Assembly: GCA_963762145.1 (NCBI GenBank)
Contig: CAVXJS010000011.1
Coordinates: 832,001 to 896,000 of the forward strand
Direction of reading: 5' to 3'
From: an uncultured Candidatus Rokubacteria bacterium
GTDB taxonomy: Bacteria > Methylomirabilota > Methylomirabilia > Rokubacteriales > CSP1-6
DNA length: 64,000 nucleotides
Shown: one piece after another, positions 39,974-51,745 of the stretch
How the letters are laid out: every line of letters starts with the position of its first letter
Numbering within the stretch: the first letter of the stretch is position 1
Notes under the pieces: generated by a model
What the model saw: the letters and a program-made list of their open reading frames with translations, nothing else
What the model was told of the DNA's origin: nothing
Databases searched by the model: none
Made by a program: the position numbers and the translations under genes

Positions 39974-40969
39974 GTGGACTACGCCGGATTCGTCAAGGCC
40001 GCCGCCGCGGGGCAGGTCGGGCCGGTGACCCTTCTGCACGGACCCGAGCCGTTTCTCCTCGACGACGCGGTGGCACGCCTCACCCGCGCGCTCTTCCCCG
40101 GCCAGACCGAGCTCTCCCTCGCGCGGGAGATCCTCGACGCCCGCGCGGGGGGCGCGGAGGCGATCGTGCAGGCGGCCCTGACCCTTCCGTGGCTGGGCGA
40201 CCGGCGCCTCGTGGTGGCGCGCGGCGCGGACGGCTTGACCGCGAAGACCGGCGAGCCCCTCGTCGCGTACGTGAAGGCGCCCAACCCGTCCACCGTGCTG
40301 CTGCTCCTGGCCGACTCGCTGCTGGACGGCTCGCACTGGCTGCTGCGCGCCCTGCCGGCCGCCGCGGTGGTGCCGGCTCCCGCGCTCGCGGGCCGTGCGC
40401 TCGCGACGTGGCTCCGCGCCCACGCGCAGGCGGTCGGCTACGAGCTGCGCGAGGACGCGGCGGGCCTGCTGGTCGAGCTCTCGGGCGACGATCTCACCCG
40501 CCTGGTCGGCGAGGTGGAGAAGGCGGCGCTCGCGGGGGGCCCGGAGAACCGGCGCGTGACGGTGGCCGAGATCCGCGCAGTGGTGGGCGAGCACCGGCTC
40601 CGCCACGTCTTCGACCTCACCCGCGCCCTGTCGGCGCGCGACGCCGCCGCGGCGCTGGCGCTGCTCGAGTCGTTGCTCAACGCGGGGGAAGAGCCGCTCG
40701 CGGTGCTCGGCATGCTGACCCGCGAGGCGCGCGCCACCTGGCAGGCCGCCGACGCGCTGCGGGCCGGCCGCGCGCCCGAGGAGATCGCGCGTAGCCTGCG
40801 ACGCCCGCCCGCCGCGGCCACCGCCCTGCTCGAGCGGGCGCGGAGCGTCTCCGTCGCGGGGGCGGCGCGGCAGCTCGCACGCTGCTGGGAGGTCGAGCGG
40901 CGCCTCAAGCTGGGCGGGACGCCGCGCCCCGAGCTGTCGCTGCTCGTCGCCGATCTGTGCGCGGTCTGA
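39974..40969 (+). CDS. holA: DNA polymerase III delta subunit
   Basis: LLHGPEPFLL, TLPWLGDRRLVV, EVEK and VFDL; synteny. Confidence 0.88.
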   Translation: MDYAGFVKAAAAGQVGPVTLLHGPEPFLLDDAVARLTRALFPGQTELSLAREILDARAGGAEAIVQAALTLPWLGDRRLVVARGADGLTAKTGEPLVAYVKAPNPSTVLLLLADSLLDGSHWLLRALPAAAVVPAPALAGRALATWLRAHAQAVGYELREDAAGLLVELSGDDLTRLVGEVEKAALAGGPENRRVTVAEIRAVVGEHRLRHVFDLTRALSARDAAAALALLESLLNAGEEPLAVLGMLTREARATWQAADALRAGRAPEEIARSLRRPPAAATALLERARSVSVAGAARQLARCWEVERRLKLGGTPRPELSLLVADLCAV

Positions 40970-42312
40970 TGGCGGGGGCGCTGCGCGCCCTTCTCGTCGC
41001 CGCGCTGCTGCTCGGGGCCGGCGCGGGCCCGCTGGCCGCCGCGCCCGCGCCGCGGCTCCTGGCCGGGGCGGCGGGGGTGACCGTGGAGCTCCCGACCGAC
41101 ACGCCGCTCGGCGGCTACGGCGGCTTCCCGCGCCGCGCGTGGATCCCCGATCTCCTCGGCCGCTACCCCGACACGTTCTGGTTCCGACCCGCCACCGGCG
41201 TCCACGATCCGATCAAGGTGCGCGCCCTCGTGCTCGAGGCGGGCGGCGTGCGGCTGCTCTTCCTCGGCGTGGACCTCGTGGGGATGGATCCCTCGCTGGT
41301 CGCCGACCTGCGCCGTCGTCTCGACCAGCTCGGGCTGCGCTACGCGGCGGTCATCGCGGCCGCGTCCCACACGCACTCCGGCCCGGGCGCCTTCGCCCGG
41401 TCGAATCTGTTCGGCCTGCTCGCGCTCGATCGCGAATCGCCGCGGGTGCGCGGCCGGATCTACTCGGCGATGGAGGACGCGGCGCGACAGGCCGAGCGCC
41501 GCAAGCGCCCGGCCACCGTCGGCAGCGGGCGGAGCGCGGTATCCGGACTCACCGACAGCCGCGTGCGCGAGGCGGTCGACGACGAGCTGGGCGTGCTCAA
41601 GGTGATGGGGGCCGACAACCGCCCGGTGGCGGTCATGTGGAACTACGCCATCCACGGCACCGCGCTCGGCCGGGAAAACCTCCAGCTCTCCGGCGACGTC
41701 ATGGGGGATGCGGGCGCGCGCATCGAGGAGCAGCTCGGGGTACCCGCGCTCTTCGTCAACGGCGCGGTCGGCGACGTGAGCCCCCGCCAGCGCGGCTGGG
41801 ACGGCGTGGCCGCGGGCGGCAAGACCCTGTCCGCCGCGGTGGTCGCCCTCTGGCCGCGCATCGCGCGCGACCCCGATCAGCGCCTGGCCGCCACGTCGGT
41901 CACCGCGCTGCTTCCGGCCCCTGGCGTCGACCTCCACAACTGCCTGGGGCGGTGGATCCCTCGCGGCACCCGCCTGGGGCTGCGGGCCGCGCTACCGCCC
42001 TCCGCCGAGGTGTGGGTGGTCACGGTGGGGCGGAGCGCCTGGGTCGCGATTCCAGGGGAGCCGTCCACGCGGCTCGGCCTCGAGATCAAGGCCGCGGGCC
42101 GGACGAGTTTCCCGCACACCTTCGTCGCCGGAGTCGCCAACGCCTACCAGGGCTACTTCCTGGCCGCCGAGCACTTCCGGACGTCGAGCTACATCTCGTG
42201 CGGCAGCCTCTACGGGGAGCACGGCGGGGAGCTGGTGCGCGACGCGGCGATCGCGGGCCTTCGGGAGCTGGCGGAGCGGCACCAGCCCCGACCGGTCAAG
42301 CGGGGGCGTTGA
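40969..42312 (+). CDS. Neutral/alkaline ceramidase-family secreted hydrolase
   Basis: Signal peptide; PLGGYG, GVHDP, SHTHSGPG, NYAIHGT, NGAVGDVSP and IPGEP. Confidence 0.8.
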   Translation: MAGALRALLVAALLLGAGAGPLAAAPAPRLLAGAAGVTVELPTDTPLGGYGGFPRRAWIPDLLGRYPDTFWFRPATGVHDPIKVRALVLEAGGVRLLFLGVDLVGMDPSLVADLRRRLDQLGLRYAAVIAAASHTHSGPGAFARSNLFGLLALDRESPRVRGRIYSAMEDAARQAERRKRPATVGSGRSAVSGLTDSRVREAVDDELGVLKVMGADNRPVAVMWNYAIHGTALGRENLQLSGDVMGDAGARIEEQLGVPALFVNGAVGDVSPRQRGWDGVAAGGKTLSAAVVALWPRIARDPDQRLAATSVTALLPAPGVDLHNCLGRWIPRGTRLGLRAALPPSAEVWVVTVGRSAWVAIPGEPSTRLGLEIKAAGRTSFPHTFVAGVANAYQGYFLAAEHFRTSSYISCGSLYGEHGGELVRDAAIAGLRELAERHQPRPVKRGR

Positions 42313-42556
42313 GCTTGCGGGCGAGCGAGGACTTGCGGCGGGCGGCGGTGTTGCGGTGCATGATGCCCTTCGTGACCGCGCGGTCGATGGCGCGGATGGC
42401 CTCGCGCACCACGGTCGCGGAGTCCGCGGTCTTGCCGGTCAGCGCCTCGCGCGCGCTCTTCACGTTGCCGCGCACCGCGCTGCGCACCGCGCGGTTCCGC
42501 AGCCGGCGCTTCTCGTTCTGCCGGATCCGCTTCTTCGCGGAGGGCGTGTTCGCCAA
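42296..42556 (-). CDS. rpsT: 30S ribosomal protein S20
   Basis: MANTPSAKKRIRQNEKRRLRN...KGIMHRNTAARRKS; TTG start with SD. Confidence 0.97.
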   Translation of the reverse strand: MANTPSAKKRIRQNEKRRLRNRAVRSAVRGNVKSAREALTGKTADSATVVREAIRAIDRAVTKGIMHRNTAARRKSSLARKLNAPA

Positions 42557-42657
42557 GGTTCCTCTCCTCTTCTGGGGTGAAGCTGTCTGGGGTGCAGCGT
42601 GAGCGTCACACGAGGCTACCGTCGGCGCCGCGACGTGTCAAGGAGTTCGTCCTCCTC

Positions 42658-44238
42658 GTGAGCGACGCGTCCGACGCCCAGGAGCACGTCCAGCGCGGCG
42701 TGGTGAGCGCGGTGGGCTCGATCGGCCTCGCCACGCTCGCGAGCCGGGTGCTCGGCTACGTGCGGGACATGGTGGTGGCGCGCGTCTTCGGCGCCGGCCC
42801 CATCACCGACGCGTTCTTCGTGGCCTTTCGCATCCCGAACCTGCTCCGCCGGCTCCTGGCCGAGGGCGCGCTGTCCACCGCGGTGGTTCCCGTGTTCACC
42901 GAGACGTTGAGCCGCGAGGGGCCCGAGGCCTTCGGGCGCCTCGCGCGCGCGGTGACCGGCGCGGCGATCGTGGTGCTCTGCCTGGTCGCCGGTCTCGGCG
43001 CCCTGGTCGCGCCCCTGGTGGTGACCGTGATGGCGCCCGGCTGGCGTACGGAGCCCGAGCTGCTGGCCCTCGCGGTGAGCCTGACCCGCGCCCTGTTTCC
43101 GTACCTCGTCTTCGTGGGGCTGGCCGCGCTCGCGATGGGGGCGCTCAACGCCCACCACCGGTTCTTCACCGCCGCGGTCGGCCCCGCGGTCCTGAACCTC
43201 GCGATGATCATCGCGGTGGTGGGCCTCGCCTCCCGGCTCACCACCCCCATCATGTCGCTGGCGATCGGGGTGCTGGTGGGCGGGCTCGGTCAGCTCCTCA
43301 TCCAGCTCCCCGAGCTGCGCCGGATCGGAGTGCCGCTGCGCCCGTCGCTCGAATGGCGCCATCCGGCGGTGGCGCGCATCGCGCGGCGCCTCTGGCCGGC
43401 GGTGTTCGCGCTGGCCGCGGTGCAGATCACGGTGGTCGTCAACACGCTGCTCGCCTCGCTGCTGCCCACCGGGACGGTCTCCTACCTCTACTACGCGGAC
43501 CGGGTGATGGAGTTCCCGCTGGGCGTGTTCGGCATCGCGCTCGCCACCGCCACGCTGCCCAGCATGTCGGCCCAGGCCGCGCAACGCGAGTTCACCGCGC
43601 TGCGCTCCACGCTCGAGTTCGCGCTGCGGCTCTCCGCCTTCATCGCGGTGCCCGCGACGGTGGGACTCCTGCTCCTGGGCGGGCCCATCGTCCAGGTGCT
43701 CTTCCAGCGCGGCGAGTTCACCGCGCGCGACGCGGCGCTGACCGCCCAGGCCCTGGCCGGCTATGCGGTGGGACTGCCCGCGTTCTCGGCCACCCGCATC
43801 GCGGCCCAGACCTTCTACGCCCTCGGCGACACCCGGACGCCGGTGATCGTCGGATTCGTGTCGGTGGCGGTGAACGTGGTACTGGCCCTGGTCCTGATGT
43901 GGCCGTTGCGCCACATCGGCCTCGCGCTCGCCTCGTCGCTGTCCTCCTACGTCAACCTGATCGGGCTCTGCTGGCTGCTCCACCGCCGGCTCGGCGGCCC
44001 GCGCGGGTCGGAGATCTGGGGCTCGCTGGGCCGTACCGTCGTGGCCACCGCCGCGCTCGCGCTGTGGTGCGCGTGGGTGGAGGGGTTCCTGCCGGTGTTC
44101 CCGGAGCCGGTGGTGCTCGGGCTCGCGCGGATGATGCTGGCGCTGGTGGGCGGCGTCGCGGTGTACGTGGCGATGGCGGCGGCCATCCGCGCCCCGGAGC
44201 TGCGCGCGCTGCTCGGCATGTTACACACGCGCCGCTGA
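42658..44238 (+). CDS. murJ: Lipid II flippase MurJ
   Basis: SRVLGYVRD, AFRIPNLLRRLLAEGA, YYADRVMEFPLG and FYALGDTRTP. Confidence 0.95.
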   Translation: MSDASDAQEHVQRGVVSAVGSIGLATLASRVLGYVRDMVVARVFGAGPITDAFFVAFRIPNLLRRLLAEGALSTAVVPVFTETLSREGPEAFGRLARAVTGAAIVVLCLVAGLGALVAPLVVTVMAPGWRTEPELLALAVSLTRALFPYLVFVGLAALAMGALNAHHRFFTAAVGPAVLNLAMIIAVVGLASRLTTPIMSLAIGVLVGGLGQLLIQLPELRRIGVPLRPSLEWRHPAVARIARRLWPAVFALAAVQITVVVNTLLASLLPTGTVSYLYYADRVMEFPLGVFGIALATATLPSMSAQAAQREFTALRSTLEFALRLSAFIAVPATVGLLLLGGPIVQVLFQRGEFTARDAALTAQALAGYAVGLPAFSATRIAAQTFYALGDTRTPVIVGFVSVAVNVVLALVLMWPLRHIGLALASSLSSYVNLIGLCWLLHRRLGGPRGSEIWGSLGRTVVATAALALWCAWVEGFLPVFPEPVVLGLARMMLALVGGVAVYVAMAAAIRAPELRALLGMLHTRR

Positions 44239-44241
44239 TCC

Positions 44242-44420
44242 TTGCCCACCGGCCGGCGCCGGTGATAGACTCGCTCATGCTCCTGGACTTCGCAGGGGAC
44301 GCCCCGGTCATGGCCTGGATCCGACGCATCGGCCAATGCCGGGGCCGTCGCTTTTTGGGCCTCCCCCTCCGGATGTGATCGATGCGCGCTCGGCTCGGGG
44401 CGTCCGCGGAGCGGGGGACC
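44242..44420 (+). promoter_or_regulatory. Promoter plus structured leader with a 33-codon uORF
   Basis: TTGCCC-18-TAGACT; uORF ATG 44277 to TGA 44378; hairpin followed by T5 and an alternative long-range pairing. Confidence 0.45.
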
Positions 44421-45368
44421 GCGGGAGTCGTCTCCGAAGCCGCGGCGCTGATCGACGAGTATCTCGGCAGCCTCCAGATCGAGCGGGGCGCCGCGCTGAA
44501 CACCCTCGCCGCGTACCGCCGGGACCTCCAGGGTTTCGAGAGCTTCCTGGCGCGCGAGCACCGGGCGATCGCTGACGTGGGCGTCACCGACCTCTCGCGT
44601 TATCTGGGTGCGCTCCGCCGGCGCGGTCTCGGCAGCCGCAGCATCGCCCGGCACCTCTCCGCGGTGCGAGGCCTCTACCGCTTCCTCCTCGATGCGGGGC
44701 GCGTGCCGCGCGATCCGACGCAGCACCTGGACAGCCCGCGCCCGGCCCGGCGGCTGCCGCGCACCCTGTCCGTGGCGGACACCGCCGCCCTCGTCGAGGC
44801 CCCCGACACCACCCGGCCGGACGGGCTACGGGACCGCGCGCTGCTGGAGCTGCTCTACGCCTCCGGGCTCCGCGCCTCCGAGGCCCTCGGCCTGCGGGTC
44901 GAGGACGTGAACTTCAAGGCCGGGTACGTGATGGTGATCGGGAAGGGCGATCGCCAGCGCCTGGTGCCCGCGGGAGCCCGGGCGCTGGACTGGGTGCGAC
45001 AGTATCTCGTCACGATCCGCCCGCGCCAGGTGCGGCGCGAGTGCCCGGCGCTCTTCCTCAATCGGTCGGGCGGGACCATGTCGCGGCAGGCCCTCTGGGG
45101 TCTGATCCGACGTGCGGCACGCCGCGCGGGGCTCCGCGTCGCGGTCTCGCCGCACACCCTGCGGCACTCGTTCGCGAGCCATCTGCTCGAGCGCGGCGCG
45201 GACCTGCGCTCGGTGCAGGCCATGCTGGGCCACGTGGACATTTCGACCACGCAGATCTACACGCACCTGCCGTCGAGCGTCGTCCACGACATGTACCGGA
45301 AGTTCCACCCGCGGGCGGGGCGGATGACCCGGCCCGCCCGTGCGAGCGGCCTCGAGCGAGCGGGCTGA
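44382..45368 (+). CDS. xerD: Tyrosine recombinase XerD (start uncertain)
   Basis: ERGAALNTLAAYRRDL, RDRALLELLYASGLRASE, SPHTLRHSFASH and LGHVDISTTQIYTH. Confidence 0.92.
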   Translation: MRARLGASAERGTAGVVSEAAALIDEYLGSLQIERGAALNTLAAYRRDLQGFESFLAREHRAIADVGVTDLSRYLGALRRRGLGSRSIARHLSAVRGLYRFLLDAGRVPRDPTQHLDSPRPARRLPRTLSVADTAALVEAPDTTRPDGLRDRALLELLYASGLRASEALGLRVEDVNFKAGYVMVIGKGDRQRLVPAGARALDWVRQYLVTIRPRQVRRECPALFLNRSGGTMSRQALWGLIRRAARRAGLRVAVSPHTLRHSFASHLLERGADLRSVQAMLGHVDISTTQIYTHLPSSVVHDMYRKFHPRAGRMTRPARASGLERAG

Positions 45369-45369
45369 G

Positions 45370-47123
45370 ATGGCGAAGGCCGGCCACGTGTACCCCCAGG
45401 TGGAGCCCGGCGTCGCGGCGCTCGTCGATCCGCGCGTGGTGACCGTCGCGCCCGCGCTCTCCGTCGCGCGGGCTCTCGCGCGCGCGCGGGCGGCCGGCGC
45501 GACGGTGGTCGTCCTCGGCCCGGGCCGCGCGGTGCGGGTCTCGGAGCTGGAGCGCTCGGCTGCGTGGGGCCTCGATCGGCGGCCCGCGCGCGACGTGGCC
45601 TGGCGTGATCTGCCGAGCGTGAGCGTGACCGCCTCCGAGATCGAGGCGCGGCGTCGGCTGCTCGCGGGCGCGTCGCTGGTCCTGGTGCACCGGGGCTCTC
45701 GCGTGATCGGCGCCATCGACCGCGATCGCGTCGACCTGACGCCGTCCGAATCCTCGCTGCTCGCGCGCCTCGAGCCCGCCACCGAGGCGAAGTCGAGGCC
45801 GCAACCGAGTGTCCGCGGCAGGGGGAGTGCGGGGGCCATTTCTGGGCCCCCGCATCTGAAGGAGGCGCGCGCGTGGCTCCTGCGCGTGGCCGGCAAGATC
45901 GGCGAAGGGCTGGGCGCACCGGCCTACGCGGTGGGCGGCTTCGTCCGGGACCTGCTGACCGGCGCGGCGCCGCCCGACGTGGATCTCGTCATCGAGGGAG
46001 ACGGCGTGGCCTTCGCGCGCCGGCTCGCCGAGGAGATCGGCGGCACCGTGCTCGTGCACCGGAGCTTCGGCACCGCGTCCATCGAGGGGGGCGGGCCCCG
46101 GCGGGCGCGGGGCTCGACGGCGTGGCGCTCGGCCGCGTCGACGTGGCCTCGGCCCGCCGCGAGCGCTATGCGACGGCCGGGGCCCTGCCCGAGGTCGAGC
46201 CGGCGGATCTGCTCGAGGACCTGCGTCGCCGCGACTTCTCGGTGAACGCGATGGCGCTGGCCCTGGCGCCCGATCGCTTCGGCCGCCTGCTCGATCCGCT
46301 CGGCGGGCAGGGTGACGTCCGGCGCCGGCTCCTGCGGGTCCTCCAGCCCCTCTCGTTCGTGGAGGACCCCACCCGCGTGTTCAGGGCCGCGCGCTATGCG
46401 AGCCGCCTCGGCTTCCGCCCCGATGCGGCGACCCGGGCGGCGATCCGGCTCGCGGTGGAGCGACCCGGCTACGTCGCCCTGTCCGGCCAGCGCCTCTGGC
46501 GGGAGATCGAGCTGGCAGCCGCGGAGCCGCAAGCCCGGCTCGTCTTCGAGCAGCTCGTGAGATGGCGGGCCACAAGCCTCTGGAATCTCGATGGAGCGAC
46601 GTCACGACACCTCGCCGCGTCCGAGCGGCTCGGGCGCTGGGCGAGGTCGGCGGGCGCGGCGGTGGACCCGGCCGAGCTCGTGCTTCTCGCGCTCACGCTC
46701 GGCCGCCCGCCGGAGGTGGTCGAGCGAAGCCTCGACCGCCTGGCGCTCACCGGGGAGCCGCGGGCGCGGCTCGAGGCCGGGGCGCTGGCCGGGCCACTGG
46801 CCCGGCGGCTCGAAGCGGCCCGGCTGGCGCCCAGCACGGTGGGCGAGTGGCTGGACGCGGCGCCCGAAGCCGCCGTCCTCGCGGCCTGGCTCCAGGGCGG
46901 GGCGCGAGTGCGTCGGCGGATCCAGTGGTACCTGACCCAGGGGCGTGGGGTGCGGCCGGAGCTCACCGGGCGCGACCTGCTGGCCCTCGGGGTGCCGGCC
47001 GGGCCGCGGGTCGGCGCGGCGCTCGGCATGTTGCGACGGCACCGACTGGACGGCGGAGCGGGCTCGGTGGCCGAGGAGCGCGAACTCGTGAAAGAATGGC
47101 TCACATCGGGAAAGGAGGCGTGA
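45370..47123 (+). CDS. tRNA nucleotidyltransferase with degenerate CBS-like N-terminus; frameshift near 46095
   Basis: [39 protein letters not shown] and [13 protein letters not shown]. Confidence 0.88.
45821..45855 (-). repeat. 35-bp palindromic element, intragenic in-frame copy
   Basis: Exact reverse complement of 2037-2071. Confidence 0.9.
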
Positions 47124-47124
47124 G

Positions 47125-49580
<2,456 letters not shown>

Positions 49581-49581
<1 letters not shown>

Positions 49582-50566
49582 TGGGCTCCGGGGTGGAGCG
49601 CGCGCGCATCCTGACGCTGGCCGAGCGCGTGCTGCGGCTCGAGGCGGAGAGCGTCCTCGCGCTATGCGCGCGCCTGGACGACCGGTTCGTGGCCGCGGTC
49701 GAGATCCTCCACGACTGCCGGGGCCGCGTCATCGTCACGGGCATGGGCAAGTCGGGCCTCATCGGGCGCAAGATCGCGGCGACGCTGGCGAGCACCGGCA
49801 CTCCCGCGTACTTCCTGCATCCCGCCGAGGGTGTCCACGGCGATCTCGGGATGGTCGCGCGGGAGGACGTCGTCCTGGCGCTCTCCAACTCGGGGGAGAC
49901 CGACGAGGTGCTGGCGGTGCTGCCCGGGCTCAAGCGGCTCGGGATCCGGCTGGTCCTGCTCACCGGCGCGCCGACCTCTGCCCTCGCGCGCCAGGCCGAC
50001 ATCGTGCTGGACGTCGGCGTGGTCGAGGAGGCGTGCCCCATCAACCTCGCGCCCACCTCGAGCACGACCGCGGCGCTCGCGATGGGCGACGCGCTCGCGA
50101 TGGCGCTGCTCGACCTGCGCGGCCTCGGGCCGGACGACTACGCGGCGCTGCACCCGCGGGGCAGCCTCGGCTGGAAGGTCGCTGTTCAAGGTCGAGCGAC
50201 CTGATGCACACCGGCCCCGCGCTGCCGCAGATCTCCGAGCAGGCCACCATGAAGGAGGCCATCGAGGAGATGAGCGGCAAGGGGCTCGGCATGACGACGG
50301 TGGTGGACGCGGGTGGCCGGCTCGTCGGGGTCGTCACCGACGGCGACCTGCGCCGCCAGCAGCTCGCCCACGGGGCTGCCCTGCTCGAGCGCCGGGCCGC
50401 GGAGTGCATGACCGCCGGGCCCAAGACCATCGGCGGCGAGGAGCTCGCGGCCAAGGCGCTCGCCATGATGGAGGGCCGCATCACCAGCCTCGTGATCGTG
50501 GACGCGGGGGGGCGGCCCGCGGGCGTGATCCACCTCCACGACATCCTGCGCGCCAAGATCGTGTGA
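49581..50566 (+). CDS. kdsD: Arabinose-5-phosphate isomerase (SIS plus CBS); frameshift near 50180
   Basis: TGMGKSG, HGDLG, APTSSTT and C-terminal CBS pair. Confidence 0.94.
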
Positions 50567-51075
50567 GGGCCGCGCCCCGCGCTTCGCGCATCCGGCTGCT
50601 CGTCCTCGACGTGGATGGTGTGCTCACGGACGGCGGCCTGCTGTTCTCCGCCTCCGGCGAGGAGACCAAGCGCTTCCACGTCCACGACGGGCTCGCGATG
50701 GTGGCCGCGCGCCAGGCGGGCCTTCAGGTCGCGATCCTCTCCTCGCGCGCGTCCGCCGCGGTGACCCGGCGCATGGCCGAGCTCGGGGTCGGCGAGGTCC
50801 ACCAGGGCGTGACCGACAAGGCCGGCGGCCTGGACACGCTCCGGGAGCGGCTCGGATTGGCCCGAGGCGAGGTCGCGATGATGGGCGACGACCTCCCGGA
50901 TCTGCCCGCGATGGCCCGCGCCGGCCTGGCGCTGGCGCCCGCCAACGCCGTGGCCGAGGTCAAGCGCGCCGCGGATTGGGTGGCGCGCCGGCGGGGTGGC
51001 GACGGCGCGGTGCGGGAAGCGGTCGAGATGCTCCTAAAGGCCCGTCGTGCTTGGCCGCCACGCTCCGAGCGCTGA
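50563..51075 (+). CDS. kdsC: KDO8P phosphatase (HAD family)
   Basis: LDVDGVLTDG, GDDLPD and GGDGAVRE. Confidence 0.93.
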   Translation: MRAAPRASRIRLLVLDVDGVLTDGGLLFSASGEETKRFHVHDGLAMVAARQAGLQVAILSSRASAAVTRRMAELGVGEVHQGVTDKAGGLDTLRERLGLARGEVAMMGDDLPDLPAMARAGLALAPANAVAEVKRAADWVARRRGGDGAVREAVEMLLKARRAWPPRSER

Positions 51076-51091
51076 GCACCGCCTTCTTCAT

Positions 51092-51136
51092 TTGCCACGG
51101 CTGCGAGGACTGTGTTAGCGTGGCATGGAGATTGCT
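51092..51136 (+). promoter_or_regulatory. Sigma70-like promoter overlapped by a sigma54 -24/-12 box
   Basis: TTGCCA-18-TAGCGT with an extended TG, followed by TGGCATGGAGATTGCT (GG-N10-GC) at 51121-51136. Confidence 0.7.
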
Positions 51137-51745
51137 ATGAGGAAGGCCCCGATCATTATTCTGACGCTCGTCATGGTATTCATATCCGTGGTGGTGGGCG
51201 TGCTCGTCCACCGAGCACGGACACCTCGGACGATTGCCACCGAGGTCACCGCCTCGAACGCGGACTACCGTCTCAAGCAGGTGCGCCTTCAGGAGACGGG
51301 TCGTGATGGATCCCGCTGGCAGCTCGATGCCGAGTACTCCGAGACCTTCGAGGAGCAGAACACGACGTCGATGAAGAAGGTGACGATCAAGGTGGACCAG
51401 CCGTCCAAGAGCAGCCACGCAGCGCGCTCGTGGACCGTCACCGGCGACGAGGGTGATCTGAACCAGGAGACCAAGAACGTGGAGCTGCGCGGCAACGTGG
51501 TGCTGGTCTCGAGCGACGGCCTGCGGCTCGAGACGGAGCGCCTGCGCTGGGACGCCGAGGGACAGCGCGCGTGGACGTCCGAGCCGGTCACCATCTACCG
51601 ATCGGGCACCGTCGTGCGGGGCACCGGCTTCGAGTCGCGCGTGGCCGAGGAAGCGTCCAGCATCAAGGGACGGGTCCGGGCCATCTTCAAGCGCGGCACG
51701 CCCGGTGAAGCGGGCGCCGAGCCCGTTGCGGCCGGGCGTCCATGA
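51137..51745 (+). CDS. lptC: LPS export protein LptC
   Basis: N-terminal TM; beta-jellyroll pattern LRGNVVLVSSDGLRLETERLRWD; synteny. Start could be 51125. Confidence 0.88.
   Translation: MRKAPIIILTLVMVFISVVVGVLVHRARTPRTIATEVTASNADYRLKQVRLQETGRDGSRWQLDAEYSETFEEQNTTSMKKVTIKVDQPSKSSHAARSWTVTGDEGDLNQETKNVELRGNVVLVSSDGLRLETERLRWDAEGQRAWTSEPVTIYRSGTVVRGTGFESRVAEEASSIKGRVRAIFKRGTPGEAGAEPVAAGRP

Noticed and set aside
44281-44300. CTGGACTTC resembling a tRNA-Sec anticodon arm
   Set aside because: There is no TCA anticodon, T-loop or cloverleaf.
44382-45368. Tyrosine recombinase as a prophage or island integrase
   Set aside because: It has XerD signatures, a housekeeping context, and no att sites or cargo genes.
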